64,000 bases of DNA from NCBI RefSeq assembly GCF_009914755.1, contig NC_060933.1. One strand, given 5' to 3'. Shown in pieces: positions 40,884-54,455 of the stretch. The notes below the pieces were generated by a model, which saw nothing but the letters and a program-made list of their open reading frames with translations, did no database searches and had not been told where the DNA came from. Each line of letters opens with the position of its first letter. Positions within the stretch are counted from its first letter, which is position 1. This DNA comes from the human T2T-CHM13v2.0 reference genome, Homo sapiens. Both the position numbers and the translations under genes were made by a program.

Positions 40884-41980
40884 TAAACTCAGTGACCGTA
40901 ATGCTTTGATGCAGGTAGAAAGTTGCTTTTCCCCATGAAATTTCACTAACATGCAATTAAAATATACTATTTGATATTGTGGGAAAAGAATATAAAGTTT
41001 TAGTTGGACAGAATGAAAAAATATATACTATTTTATATTTACATGCAAGTAAATGTTGGCCTTCCCCTTCCCCTTTCATTCACTTCCTCCCCCAACCTTC
41101 CTCTTAGATGCAAAGAAGAATGATGTTCTGTGATTTCAGGTTTTAGGAGGTTGTTTATTCCAAGTTTAGCTTAGTGAGACACACTATCTACTTCTCCATT
41201 GTTGCTTGTTTTCTCTCAGTTGTAATATCTGCTACTAGTGACTCTAGTGGAGTCACTAGACTCACCAATACAGAATCCTGCAAGCTGTCCTCACAGAAAT
41301 GACCCAAACACAGGATGGACATGTTTTCTCATGTGTAAGCGTATATATTAAAGATGTCCAATATCCAGGTTTCTAAACACACATTTCCAACAGAGCACAC
41401 AATTGTAATTAGCATTGCAAATATTTTACTTTGAATTCACTGTGAATTCTTTGTATTTCCAAAAAGTGATTTTGTTTACACTATAAATTCAGTGTCAGCT
41501 AAAAATAAAAAAAGAAGCTTTCTGACTTTTTCAAACCATTGTTGACTTTTAACAACAACAGTTTGCCAGCTTCAGAGCAATATATTAGAACAAAATACAA
41601 TTTCTATTCTCACACTCCTTACTAGCTTTTCAAATGTTCTGGAGAAGTCTGCTGACAGATGATTAGTCAAACTGGGAACCAACTGCTTCAACTATTTAAT
41701 CTAAATGATAAGTGATTGCTTTGATTGGAATACATTTTAAATAAATATGTAAGTTCCTGAAATGCATACTATAATTTATTGTAATATAGTGTCCTAACCC
41801 ACATGTGTTATATGGAGCTGTGTATATATATGTATATATAGGTATATATCTATATATGGGTATATTTGCACAAAGTCAGTGTTCCTTGACATTAAACAAA
41901 GATCTTACTAATTTTTTGTTTGTCCCAAATATATGTCCCATTAAAATTTGCAAAGTGTTAGTAGTAAGAAATATGCTTCA

Positions 41981-42300
41981 GCCTGGGAATAGTGGTTGAT
42001 GCCTGTAATCCCAGCACTTTGGGAGGCCAAGGTGGGCAGATCACCCGAGGTCAGGAGTTTGAGACCAGCCTGGCCAACATGGTGAAACTTCATCTGTACT
42101 AAAAATACAAAAAATTAGCCAGGCATGGTGGCTCACACCTGTAATCCCAGCTACTCAGGAGGCTGAAGCAGGAGAATCGCTTGGATTCAGGAGGCAGAGG
42201 TTGCAGTGAGATGAGATCACACCACTGCACTCCTGTCTGGGTGACACAGTGAGACTCCGTCTCAAAAAAAAAAAAAAAAAAAAAAAGAAAAAGAAAAAAA
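41981..42300 (+). mobile_element. AluS (Sx/Sz type)
   Basis: gatcacccgaggtcaggagtttgagaccagcctggccaacatggtgaaac. 15-bp TSD aagaaatatgcttca at 41966-41980 and 42301-42315. Confidence 0.95.
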
Positions 42301-42534
42301 AAGAAATATGCTTCATTTTCACAATATGCTTACTATTTTAAACCTAATTTCCTTGCTAAAATATATAATGTATGATTAATAAGGTTGAAACCTAACGTTG
42401 ATGTAGGGACAAAAGTAAACTCACATATGTAAGAAGGAACAAAACTATTGTTTCAAGGTTCAAGGTTTTAAAACAGGTGTCCTTGCAAACTTAAGGAGTC
42501 AACAAGCAAGGTTCTAAAGTTTTATGCAATACTT

Positions 42535-42855
42535 TAGTCATCCCTTATTCTTGGGGCATATATTCCAAGACTCCCACTGGTTGCCTGAACTTGGATTGTA
42601 CTAAACCGTGTATGTGTTTTTTTCTTATACATACATACCTATGATAAACTGTAATTTAAAACCTAGGCACAGTAAGAGATTAACAACAATAACTGATAAA
42701 CTAGAACAACAGTAACAATATGCTATAATAAAAATGATGTGACTGAAGTCTTTCTCTTTCAGAATTAGCTTATGGCACTACAGTGCTCAGATATTTTCAA
42801 ACTGCAGTTAACTGAGGGTTACTGAAACTGCAAAAAGTGAAATTGTGAATGAGTA
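42535..42855. mobile_element. MER44-type Tigger MITE
   Basis: cccttattcttggggcatatattccaagactcccactggttgcctgaa...catacctatgataaa...ggcacagtaagagattaacaacaataact...ggttactgaaactgc. Confidence 0.8.
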
Positions 42856-42961
42856 TGTGTGTTTTCTCTGATAGAGAAACATTTGTCCATATTTTCATGT
42901 ATTTATTACCCCAAAATCAATATGAACCACAGCAAAAGTTGCATGTTTTAAAAATTATTTT

Positions 42962-43697
42962 ACCCTAAGGGGTTGAAAATTTCTGTCCACACACAAAAAC
43001 CTGCACAGGGATGTTTATAGAGGCTTGTTTCATAATTGCCAAATCTTCAAAGCAACCATCATGTTCTTTAGTGGGAGAAAGGATAAATAAACCGTGATAA
43101 ATACAGATAATGGAATATTATTCGGTATTAAAAAGAGATGAGCTACCAAGCCATGAAAAGACATAAAGAAAGCAGAAATACATATTACTAAGTGAAATAA
43201 GTATAAAAAGGCTACATGCTGTATGATTACAGCTATATAACGTTTTGAAAAAGATAAAACTAAGGTGATGGGAAAAGGATCAGTGGTTGCCAGGAGTTCG
43301 TAGGGAAGGAGGGATGAGTAGGAGAAGAGAAGTAGCTGAATAACACCAAAGATAGTCCTCATCTTACCACATTTCAATTACACTTTTTCAACATTATGAT
43401 GAGTTTATCATAAGTCAAAGAGAATCTATATAATGGTAGATACATATCATTATACATTTTTCCAAACCTATACAATGTCCAAAACCAAGAGTGAACTCTA
43501 ATGTAAACGACGGACTTTGGGTGATAATAATGTGTCAATGTAGTTTCCTCAGTGGAATCAAATGTACTGTTCTAGGGGAGGATGTTGATAACGGGGGAGG
43601 CTACGCATATGCGGGGATGGGTATCTCAAAAATCTTGCTAGCTGTCTCTCAGTGTTACTGTGAGCCTGAAACTGCTCTAAAAATAATGTCTATTAAA
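42962..43697 (+). mobile_element. L1MC1/2-type 3' end, interrupted at about 43349-43428
   Basis: gatgagctaccaagccatgaaaagacat...agagtgaactctaatgtaaacgacggactttgggtgataataatgtgtcaatgtag...aaactgctctaaaaat. Confidence 0.85.
43349..43428. mobile_element. About 80-bp Tigger5/MER47-like mini element
   Basis: Ends agatagtcctcatcttac and ataagtcaaagagaatcta resemble the MER47 TIR (cagatgctcctcgacttacg); followed by TA. Confidence 0.55.
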
Positions 43698-45591
43698 ATT
43701 ATTTTATTTTCTTAATTCCAGAACCTTGGTAACAATATCACTGGTGACTGAATCAACGTGTAAAATATTTTCTTACTGATGTTATCTTTTGGCAGAAATT
43801 TCAGGAATTTTCTTTTAGTAAATAAAAGGTGAAACTATTGAATGTACACCGGGTAACAATTCTGAAATTATCCCATAGCTGTGTTGGTACAAACCAGTGA
43901 AGATATTTATAGAGCACACAGTAGATTTTAATAAAGCTCATAAACTTCACATTCCTGCACAAATGTTAAAAAAAAAAAAAAGTCACTACATTTAGGCTCT
44001 GTTGCTGAGATTCTGAATCCTGCAAATAGCAAGTCTTCTCTGGTTCTTTGAGCTCTGTTTTTGATGACTTCACCCTGGAGGTAACAGCTTTCCTAAGGCC
44101 TGACATGCAGGCCTGCTGCATTGCAAACTCCCTCTGCTCATTTTTGGCAGGTTGTGCTGATTTATGGGGCTATTTGATTTATTTAATGTACCATGCCTTT
44201 GATTGCATATACTCTATAGCAGTCACTCAAAATGCAAACAAACACATCATATGTTCTTTAATTACTCCCATCCCCCTTATTATCAATCACTGCCAATATC
44301 AGCAGAATGGCTGTGATTCATGCTATAAAATTAAGGTCAGCAAACTTGGGTTTTGCAGAAGTGAATAGCAGCAATTCTGTTTATATTCTTTAATGTTTCA
44401 ATTCTAAAACTCATTATCAGAAAAATGGTATTTCAGATCAGTCTTGTTAGAAGAATGGGATGGGAAAAAAGATATAACAGTTGGGCAAAGAGAAGGAAAG
44501 CAAATGTAGCACTAGGGAAAAAGTTGTAGAAGAAAGTAAAAAAAAAAATAAAGATGAGAAGATAGTAGCTCTTAAGGATATTCATTCTGACTTATGAAAG
44601 ACTGTAATGTTTAGCACACACAGACACATACACAAACACATGAACTTGTAAAATTCTCAAAGGTCCAGTTTTTATTCAAAATTCCTATACTTCAAGTTCT
44701 TGAATCTCACTCCTTTTTTTTTCAAGTTCCTCATTTCTCTCCCTTAAAAAATGGATGCTAACCATTTTAAGCTTAGTAATTTTGTACATGCTTTTCTGGA
44801 AATACTACAAATATGATCAATGTCTGTGATCTCTTCAGTGCTCTACTCTTGTGGGAAGCTTCTTTCCAACTTGGTTCCTGTCCATACCCACGTAAAATAT
44901 TAAAGAAAGAAGGATAGAAATATAGATTAAAAGAAGACCTGAAGTCGAAGGAAGGGACTAATTGTTGAGAGATTTGAAATGCAACCAATTTTCCATCAGA
45001 TGTTTTATCGGTACTCTGTAGTTCTATTCCGTCCCAGTTTTCCATAAATTTATAGATAAAAAGAATATTTTATATTGCATTTTGTATGCATATATGCATA
45101 CATACATATCACTTAAATATATATATATATAAAATTGCATGTTATGCACACTTTAAAATCTTTAAAATATTGAATGCTTAATTACTTAGGACAAAATAGC
45201 TTACATAGGAAACAATTATTTCGGACAGAATAATTTAGGAGACAATAGCATTTTTGTGCTGTTGCAGAGATGATAAAGAACTTCTGGTTTTATATGTAAC
45301 TCTAAAACTGCAGGATAAATAGGTACGTAATACAAATGGCAGTTGCCTCACTGCAATTTTCTGAGCTGTGTTGCTAGTCTGACACTCCTGAAAATTAATA
45401 TTTCACACATCTCTGTAATTGTCCAGAGGGCCTGGAGTGCCTTCAAATTATATTCCCCCTCTATTTTAATCAACCATGTTAGTAATTTACTTTTCATTAG
45501 TTTATTGATAATTCTATAGGGAAAGTTTGCTAATCACTGTGTAAAATATAATTTTCAAACAGCCAAAATAACTGCCATAAAATATGGAAAC

Positions 45592-45961
45592 TGTCTTAGT
45601 TTGTTTTCTCTTGCTATGAAAGAATACCACAGACTGGGTAATGTATAGAGAAGAGAAGTTCGTTTAGCTCACATTTTCAGAGGCTAGAAAGTCCAGGAGC
45701 ATGGTGCTGGCATCTTGTGAGGGCCTTCTTACTGTTTCATAAGATGGCAAAGGGCATCACATGGCAAGAGGCAAGACCATGCCAACTCAGTCTCCCTTCC
45801 TCTTCTTATAAAGTTACAAGTCTTATCATGGGGGTTCCATTTTGATGAATGTATCTAATTCTAATTACCTCCTGAAAGCCCCACCCCCATAAACCATCAA
45901 CATATGAATTTGAGGATATTTCCAATTCATAAAATTTGAGAGGCACATTCAAGCCATAGAA
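45592..45961 (-). mobile_element. MLT1A/MST-type MaLR solo LTR
   Basis: tgtcttagtttgttttctcttgctatgaaagaataccacagactggg...gcacattcaagccataga. Perfect 5-bp TSD gaaac at 45587-45591 and 45962-45966. Confidence 0.88.
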
Positions 45962-47799
45962 GAAACCAATATTTATCAATAAATTATATATCCCAATGTT
46001 TACATACATCGCATTTATACACCACAATAATAAATATTGTAATAAGATTTATTGACTCTGTTCCTATTTATCAGTAAAATGAGAGGCAGAAAAGTTAACA
46101 AAGGCAGAAAAGTAACTGACTGTGATGGGTCACCCCACTAAGGGAATGGGAGACACCATTGCCCCCAGCCATCTCTGAGTACAGGTTTATACTTCTTTCT
46201 GTCTACATTATGGTTCTTTAAGGATGCATGGCCTAGCAGGAAGATACTGTACAAATGTGAAAAACAAAAGGTATCTGCCAAATTTTGAGTAACTATTTTT
46301 AAGTGAAGAAACTTACCCAGAAGTTTCAAAATTGCTTGCTAAGAAAATTGAGTGATTTTGTGATGGGCAATGAATTGTCCATTTACAAAAATCAGCAGAT
46401 GTTTCTGAAGCCAGTAAAAAACAGAAAGTACATTTCAAAAAGTCATAGTCAAAGTAGCAAAGTAAGTTTGAAAAGGGCAGGTTGATTTTCTATTTTTATA
46501 GCCCTTCTCTTAAGAAGACTCATTTTATTTTTTTTTATTCTACAACATACCTCTGATTTTTGATTTTGAAAGCATTCAGAGGAGATCAGTTCTTCAAGTG
46601 AAAATTGTCACTTTAAGAATATAGATGATTTGTCAGGTGCAGAATTTTTTATTTCCTTCAGAATAGCTGATGAGGTGAGATTCTTTCCTAACAACATCTT
46701 ACAGATTAGTATCAAAAGCCTGAACAATACTATTGAAATCAAGGACATTGCACAGGAAAGCTATCAATTGTTATGGAATAGATAATGTGTTTTCTTGCAA
46801 AGCAAGAAAATAACTATTATCTGGATGTTATTAATCTTCCTTGAAGCATTTTAACATTCCAGTGTGCTGTGTTAAACTATTTTCTTTTTTTTAAGGAAAC
46901 ACAAAAGTTTCCTGATTTATTGTCAAATTGCAAGTTCAATCAAGGGTATTGAATTAACTATTTTCTAATAAATCATGCTATAGTTTAAACCATGGGATAT
47001 AAATATGTTTTAAAACTGTCCCTTTATGTGGTAAAAAGGAGTTAGACTGTTGAAAAAAATAGCAGTCCTATTTAGCAGCTAAAGTGAAATGTTTATATGT
47101 ACACATGCATATATGCATTTTGTTTTCTAAGCTAAAATGTACCTAGGACAAATTGGAAATAAAACATTTTAAAGAAGTTCTTGTTAAGCAAATAGAAATA
47201 TGTTTTTAATACTACCTAGTTTTTTCATTTCCCCTTGATAATTTTCATTTATTGGCAGAGGTGCTTGAAAGAATAAATCATGAGTATACTATTGCTGCTA
47301 TAAACCACTTTGATTATAATGTTATCTTAGCTTTTATATGCACTTTAAAATTATAAATATTTAGGCATATCATTTTTACATTTATCTAAAATTTGATCTA
47401 ATATATTTTTCATCATATATGCCTAATGCAATGACAGCCATGCATTTTTTAACAAGTTGAGATCCTATCTTTTGAATTATGAATTTTCCCTATTATTTTA
47501 CTAAAGTATGTTTGTTTTATAGTTAACAATTCTTCATCAATTGGCATTATTTACATTTGATGCTGCTCAACAATTTGGTTGTTTTTTATTCACTTAAGCA
47601 CTATCTTACACAGTGTACATTTTATTTGATTTGAAGATTTTTTTCAAGTCTTGAATGCTTGGATTCATTCAGCATTCAATATCAGCAGATTAATGAAAGT
47701 GATAGATTATGCATGTTCATTCATTCCTTGCAGCCTATTATCTAATGAGGGTGGGAAGGTATGCTAGTAGATTAGATAATCGTTTGTCATTTCAAAACA

Positions 47800-48110
47800 T
47801 GGATTTATTCATTTACTCAGAACACATTTTTAAGCATTGTTAGACCCTGGGTACAAAAAAGTGGTTAAAATACATTTCCTGAGTTAATAGTTTTGAAACA
47901 AACATGTCTATGAAAATTACAATATAGTGTGTTAAATATTAATGGAATTGTATAGGGTGCAATGAAGGCACAGAAAAGAAATTCTCAATTCTGTCTGCAT
48001 GAGTTAAGGAGCTAGGCAATTCTGAAATTGAGGGCTGGAGACTGTGTCAGAATATGCCATGCAGGTCAGTGTAAGAAGTCAGGAAGAAGGAGCAACATAC
48101 CTAATGACAG
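47800..48110 (-). mobile_element. L2 fragment
   Basis: atttattcatttactcagaacacattt...tagaccctgggtaca...tagggtgcaatgaaggcacaga. Confidence 0.55.
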
Positions 48111-48387
48111 TGAATAAATCTAAGCATAAATAAATCTGTGTAAATTCATCATCAAGTGAACTCTTCTACACGGGATGTTGATGAGTGTTTATTAAATGGT
48201 GAAATAAATGATTAAGTGAAATAACAATCACTTAATCCTAAACAATGCATCGTTGGTTAAAGGAGGACAAGCAATAATCAACTGTCCTGAAAACTGTTTT
48301 AAGAACCTACCTGACACCAGTAACATTATACAGGTAGATGACTTATTTCCCACCATTTAAGTCCTGAATTTTTAAAATTTTCTTTTG

Positions 48388-49750
48388 TAGGCACTAGACC
48401 AATGGATCAGGATAGAGAACTCAAAACTAAAGCCAAATACTTACAATCAACTGATCTTCAACAAAGTATACAAACATATAAATTGGGGAAAGGACACCCT
48501 ATTCAATAAAAAGTGCTGGGAAAAATGGGCAAGTCACATATAGAAAATAAAACTGGATCCCCAGCTCTCACCTTATACAAAAATCAACTCAAGATGGATG
48601 AAAGACTTAAATCTAAGACCTAAAACCATAAAAATTCTGGAGGATAACATCAGAAAAACTCTTCTGGATATTGGCCTAGGCAAATAATTCATGACTAAGA
48701 CCCCAAAAGCAAATGCAACAAAAACAAATAAATGGGACCTAATTTAACTTAAAAGGTTCTGCACAGCAAAATAAATCATCAGTAGAGTAAACAGGCAACA
48801 CACAGGGTTGGAGAAAATATTCACAAACTATGCATCTGACAAAGGTTTAGTATCCAGTATCTACAAGGAACTCAAACAAGTCAGCAAGAAAAAAACAAAA
48901 ACAAAAACAAATAATCCCATCAAAAAGTGGCCAAAATACATAAATAGAAATTTCTCAAAAAAAGATATTCAAACAGCCAACAAACATGAAAAAATGCTCA
49001 TATCACTAACCATCATGGAAATTCAAATTAAAACCACAACGAGATAGTACCTTAATTCTTCAAGAATGACCGTAATTACAAAGAGTAAAACCAATAAATA
49101 TTGGTGTCAATGTGAAGAAAAGGGAACATTTTTGTATTGCTGGTGGGAATTCAAATTAATACAACCACATGGAAAACAGTATGGAGATTCCTTCAAGAAC
49201 TTAATAAAAGTAGAACTACCATTTGATTCAGCAATCTAACTACTGGATACCTACCCAAAGAAAAAGACGTCATTACATGAAAAAGACAAGGGTACACGCA
49301 TGTATATAGCAGTAAAATTTGCAATTGCAAAGAAATGGAACCAACTTAAGTGCCCATAAACCAATCAATGGATAAAGAAAATATAGTATATATACACCAT
49401 GTAATACTACTCACCCATAAAAAGTATCAAAATAATGTCTTTTGAAGCAATTTGAATGGAACTGGAGGCCATTATTGTAAGTGAAGTAACTCAGAAATGG
49501 AAAAAAAAATTATGTATGTTCTCACTTATAAGTGGGAACTAAGCTATGAGGACAGAAAGACATATAATGGACTTTGAGGACTTGGAGTGGGAAGGGTGGG
49601 AGGAGATGAGGGATAAAGTACAAGATACTGGATAGAGTGTACACTGCTCAGGTGACAGGTGCATTAAATCTCAGAAGTCACCACTAAAGAGCTTATCCAT
49701 GTAATCAAAAACCACCTGTACCCCCAAAACTGTAAAAATTAAAAAAAATA
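48388..49750 (+). mobile_element. L1PB-type 3' end (ORF2 C-terminus and 3'UTR)
   Basis: Peptide [23 protein letters not shown]. The 3'UTR gtgtacactgctcaggtgacaggtgc...caccactaaagagcttatccatgtaa is PB-like and ends in an A tail. Confidence 0.9.
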
Positions 49751-50393
49751 ATATTTTATTTTGAAGCATCAATATGCTGAGATATTTTGTATGTTAAAAT
49801 GTCTAGGCATACTGATGAATGACAAATGGATGCATTTTTCTTGGGACACTAATCAAACAAGTGAAGCAAATGAATAGGTTATTATAATTATATTACATAT
49901 CTTAAAACATATTACTGTTACTTTAGTTTGTACCTATTTTTAGAGAACTGTAAAATCTTAGTTGAACAATTTGCACAATAAATCTGCATATAAACATGGT
50001 AAGTGTATTGGGGTAAAGGTGTGTGTAGAACAAGTAATCAGTCCAGGTACTATGCTACAGCTTGGCATTATCCACCAAATTACACATACCCAATTTGCTT
50101 TCCTCGGTAGAGATAAAAATACTGCAATGAAATTATGTAAGGTGAGATTAAAGAAAATAAACCCTAAGACATTATGGCAGTGGGTGGTCACAGAGAGAAA
50201 CTCAGAAGACAGATCTTGATGTCCAGGGTACCAACCTTCAAGAAGTTCCTAGTCTAATGTGAGAGTCTAGCGTGAAAGACAATTATAGAAATAAAATTTA
50301 CAATTTACAATTAGAATATATAGTATGAGGCAGTTCAGGATGAATTGAAGGCAAGTATTAGGAATCTATGACCGAAATTGGAAGTATTGAATA

Positions 50394-51651
50394 TTAAGTT
50401 GGTGTAAAATTAATTGCTGCTTTGGACTGTGAATTTTAACACGTTGTTATTAATAAAAATAGGAACGATTATAATCAACACATTGTTCCCAATGAGAAAT
50501 AAGTTTGTTTATGCCTGTAGTATAAAAATTCGTATTTCGGGATTTGACGAACTTTTGGAAAGCGTTTTCTGCATCCTGCTGGTTGTGAAAGTGTTTTCCC
50601 TGTAAAAAGTTGTTGAGATGCTTGAAGAAGTGGTAGTCTGTTGGCGAGAGGTTAGATGAATATGGTGGATGAGGCAAAACTTTGTAGCCCAATTTGTTCA
50701 ACTTTTGAAGTGCTAGTTGTGCGATGTGTGGTCGGGCATTGCTATGGAGAAGAATTGGGCCCTTTCTGTTGACCAATGGCGGGCTGCAGGCATTGCAGTT
50801 TTGGGTGCATCTCATCGATTTGCTGAGCATGCTTCTCAGATGTAATGGTTTCACCCAGATTCAGAAAGCTGTCGTGGATCAGACTGGTAGCAAGCCACCA
50901 AACAGTGACTATGACTTTTTTTGGTGTAAGTTTGGCTTTGGGAAGGGCTTTGGAGCTTTTTCTCGGTCCAACCACTGAGCTAGTCATTGCCAGTTGTCGT
51001 ATAAAAACCACTTTTCATAGCACGCTACAATCTGATCAAGAAATGGTTCATTGTTAGGTAGAATAAGAAAAGACAACGCTTCAAAAGGACGATTTTTTAG
51101 CTTTTCAGTCAGCTCGTGAGGCATCCACGTATCGAGCTTTCTCATCTTTCCAATTTCCCTCAAATGTCTAACATAGGAGGGTCAACTTTGAGTTCTTCCG
51201 CAACTTCTTGTGTAGTTGTAAGACAATCAGCTTCGATGATTGCTCTTAATGGGTTGTTTCCAACTTTCGATGGCCCGGCCACTAAGCTCCTCATCTTCAA
51301 GGCTCTCCTCTTCTTTGTAAAACTTCTTGAACCATCACTGCGCTGTCCGTTGGTTAGCAGCTCCTGTGCCAAATGCGTTGATGTATCCGCTGCTTTACGA
51401 CCCATTTTGAACTTGAATAAGAAAATCGCTCGAATTTGCTTTTTGTCTGACATAATTTCCACAGTCTAAAATAAGCATAAACAGTAAGTAATAAGTCATT
51501 AGCAAAAAAATAAAGCAAGAAATGCCCATTAAAATGATGTATAACAAAACCACATGTATTAAAGAATAATTTACATTTATTTAAGTATTCCAATATCAGA
51601 TGGGAAAAACCGAATAATGCTAAAAACCCAGATATTTTTGCACTAACCCAG
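50394..51651 (-). mobile_element. Near full-length HSMAR1 mariner DNA transposon (defective)
   Basis: TIRs ttaagttggtgtaaaattaattgc (after TA at 50392) and degenerate aaaaacccagatatttttgcactaacc. About 1.26 kb with transposase peptides in between. Confidence 0.95.
50450..51462 (-). pseudogene. HSMAR1 transposase pseudogene
   Basis: DKKQIRAIFLF, LRAIIEAD, WMPHEL, KKVIVTVWW, LLHSNARPH and HPPYSSNLSPTDYHFF are spread over several frames; the start codon is GTG. Confidence 0.93.
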
Positions 51652-52387
51652 GAAAAGCTCAATGATGGAGATGTAGATTTAAGAATAACCTGCATATAAA
51701 TTGCATATAAAATGACTGTCTCTGTGTCTCCCAGAGTTATTGTTGCACAATCATTTCATATTACATGTACGAATTTGTGATTTTGCTTGGGATCATTTCT
51801 TATAAATTAAGATAAATACAACATAGTCATACTTTAAAAATATTTTTAAACAGAGTAAGCAACTCAGTATTCTCTACGATGCGCTCATCAAGGCTGTGAC
51901 AAAAGATGATGGATTGTAGTTTCCTGGCATTGCTATTAACATACAGTAGGCCACATAAACAATTCTGATTATTTGAGGTTACTTGAAGTTAGGTCTATTT
52001 GCCATATTCAAATAATATGACATACTATTTACCTAATCTCTGTATATGTATTATTGGTTAAATTTAAGGAGATTTAATTGAATTAAACTGAGTGTCTTGG
52101 CATGTATTTTTTCTTCTTTTTTTTTTTTTTGATTCTTACACATTTCTGAACACGTAATGTAGGACTAGGTTTCCTGCTTTACACACAATGGACGGATTGC
52201 CAATTATAATTCAGAAACTTTTAATTAGACACTTTACATGAATTGGAACTCCACACACAATGGCAAGACACGTTGTCATTTAGGAAACATTTTTGGTCCC
52301 TATTACCCCCATAGAATCACAGTACCCAGGATCTGCAACAAAAGCAAGAGTTGTGGGAGGAAAAGGGACAGCCACTTTGAGGTGATA

Positions 52388-53167
<780 letters not shown>

Positions 53168-53867
53168 GGTCAACTGTATTTTTAATTTGCATGTAGGCTA
53201 CTGAGTCCCTGTTTTCATGCTATTCAGATGTCATTCTTCCTCATTCATTGAGGTTCATATTGTATTTAGATTCAACAGGATTAAAGCAGCAACAATTATC
53301 AGAAAATCATATTAACTCCCCCTTTGTGTTTGTGTATATATGGGTACTTTTTATTGAATTTTAAAACAGGTAAAGGATTGTGCATATATACACACACAAT
53401 ACTTTTAGAGTGGATATATAGAGTATTTTGTCAATCTCTTACTGAATAACATTTAGGCTTTTCCATTTTTTTCTAGTTATAAAGAATGCAACAATTTAAG
53501 TATATATGTTTGACTAAGCATGTACATTAGCCATGTCTTATAAACATTAATATGAGGTATTCATATAGACTTTATAATAGATATGATTATAAATACAAAA
53601 AATAAATTATATAAACAATATAGTTTTGATTTTATTGTTTGTTCAAGTGCATCCTTTTACTCTAATGATAGTTGGCAATTTTGATTTTCTTCAATTGTTG
53701 GTTTCATAAATAATGCTGCAACAGACATTTTAGACATCATTTTTACGTATTTGTTTCATGGTTATTGTTTTCCAACAGATACAGGATTTTTGTCTTAGCA
53801 TGAATGTACATTTTTATTAGATTTTAAAACAGATTAAGTATTGTGCTAATTAATATACCCACTAGAA

Positions 53868-53935
53868 ATATATGCATGTGTGTGTATGTATGTATGTGTG
53901 TGTATATATATGTACATATGTATATGTATGTATGA
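53868..53935. repeat. TG/TATG low-complexity repeat
   Basis: Direct reading. Confidence 0.8.
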
Positions 53936-54064
53936 AAGAGATTTTGGTTTTGTCTCTTTAACAACCATCATTGATTTCTGTTACGGATAAATGATAATTC
54001 AAGTTATTCACCCTGCTAATTTTCAAAACAACAACATCCTGCACAACTCTTTTCCTCATTTACT

Positions 54065-54455
54065 AAATGCTGAGCATGCTGCAGGACCTTCATACCTGGC
54101 GTTTTCTCTGCCTGGAATACCCTCCCTTGTTCCTCGTATCATGGACCTTTCTTATTCTTTGTTTCTGTACTTAAACTAAATCTCAAAGAGGGTGAACTTC
54201 ATTTGTTATCTAAAGTAGTTCCTTTCTCCAAATTACTTTTCTTTCTCATGGAGAATTTCCACTTCATTCATCACACTTCATATAACATGATAATATATCT
54301 GTGATGACTTTTTAATATTCTGTTTTGACACCTAGGTTTGCTACTCTATTAAGGAAGAGAGATCTTGTCATTTTCATTCATCACTGTTCATTTATGTCCA
54401 AGTACAGTGCATAAAAATTAGTAGAGCTAGGTGAATATTTACTGAATCAATGGGC
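54065..54455 (+). mobile_element. L2 3' fragment
   Basis: caggaccttcatacctggcgttttctctgcctggaataccctccc...ttcatcactg...tacagtgc...gtgaatatttactgaatcaatg. Confidence 0.65.

Noticed and set aside
46083-46118. Short direct duplications (aggcagaaaagt twice; also near 3973, 7960, 13574 and 63445)
   Set aside because: Ordinary slippage products of two copies each, with no array structure.
50414-51695. Overlapping ORF cluster resembling SETMAR
   Set aside because: No SET domain; it is a frameshifted HSMAR1 copy with TIRs and mutated catalytic residues. The plus-strand ORFs are antisense shadows.
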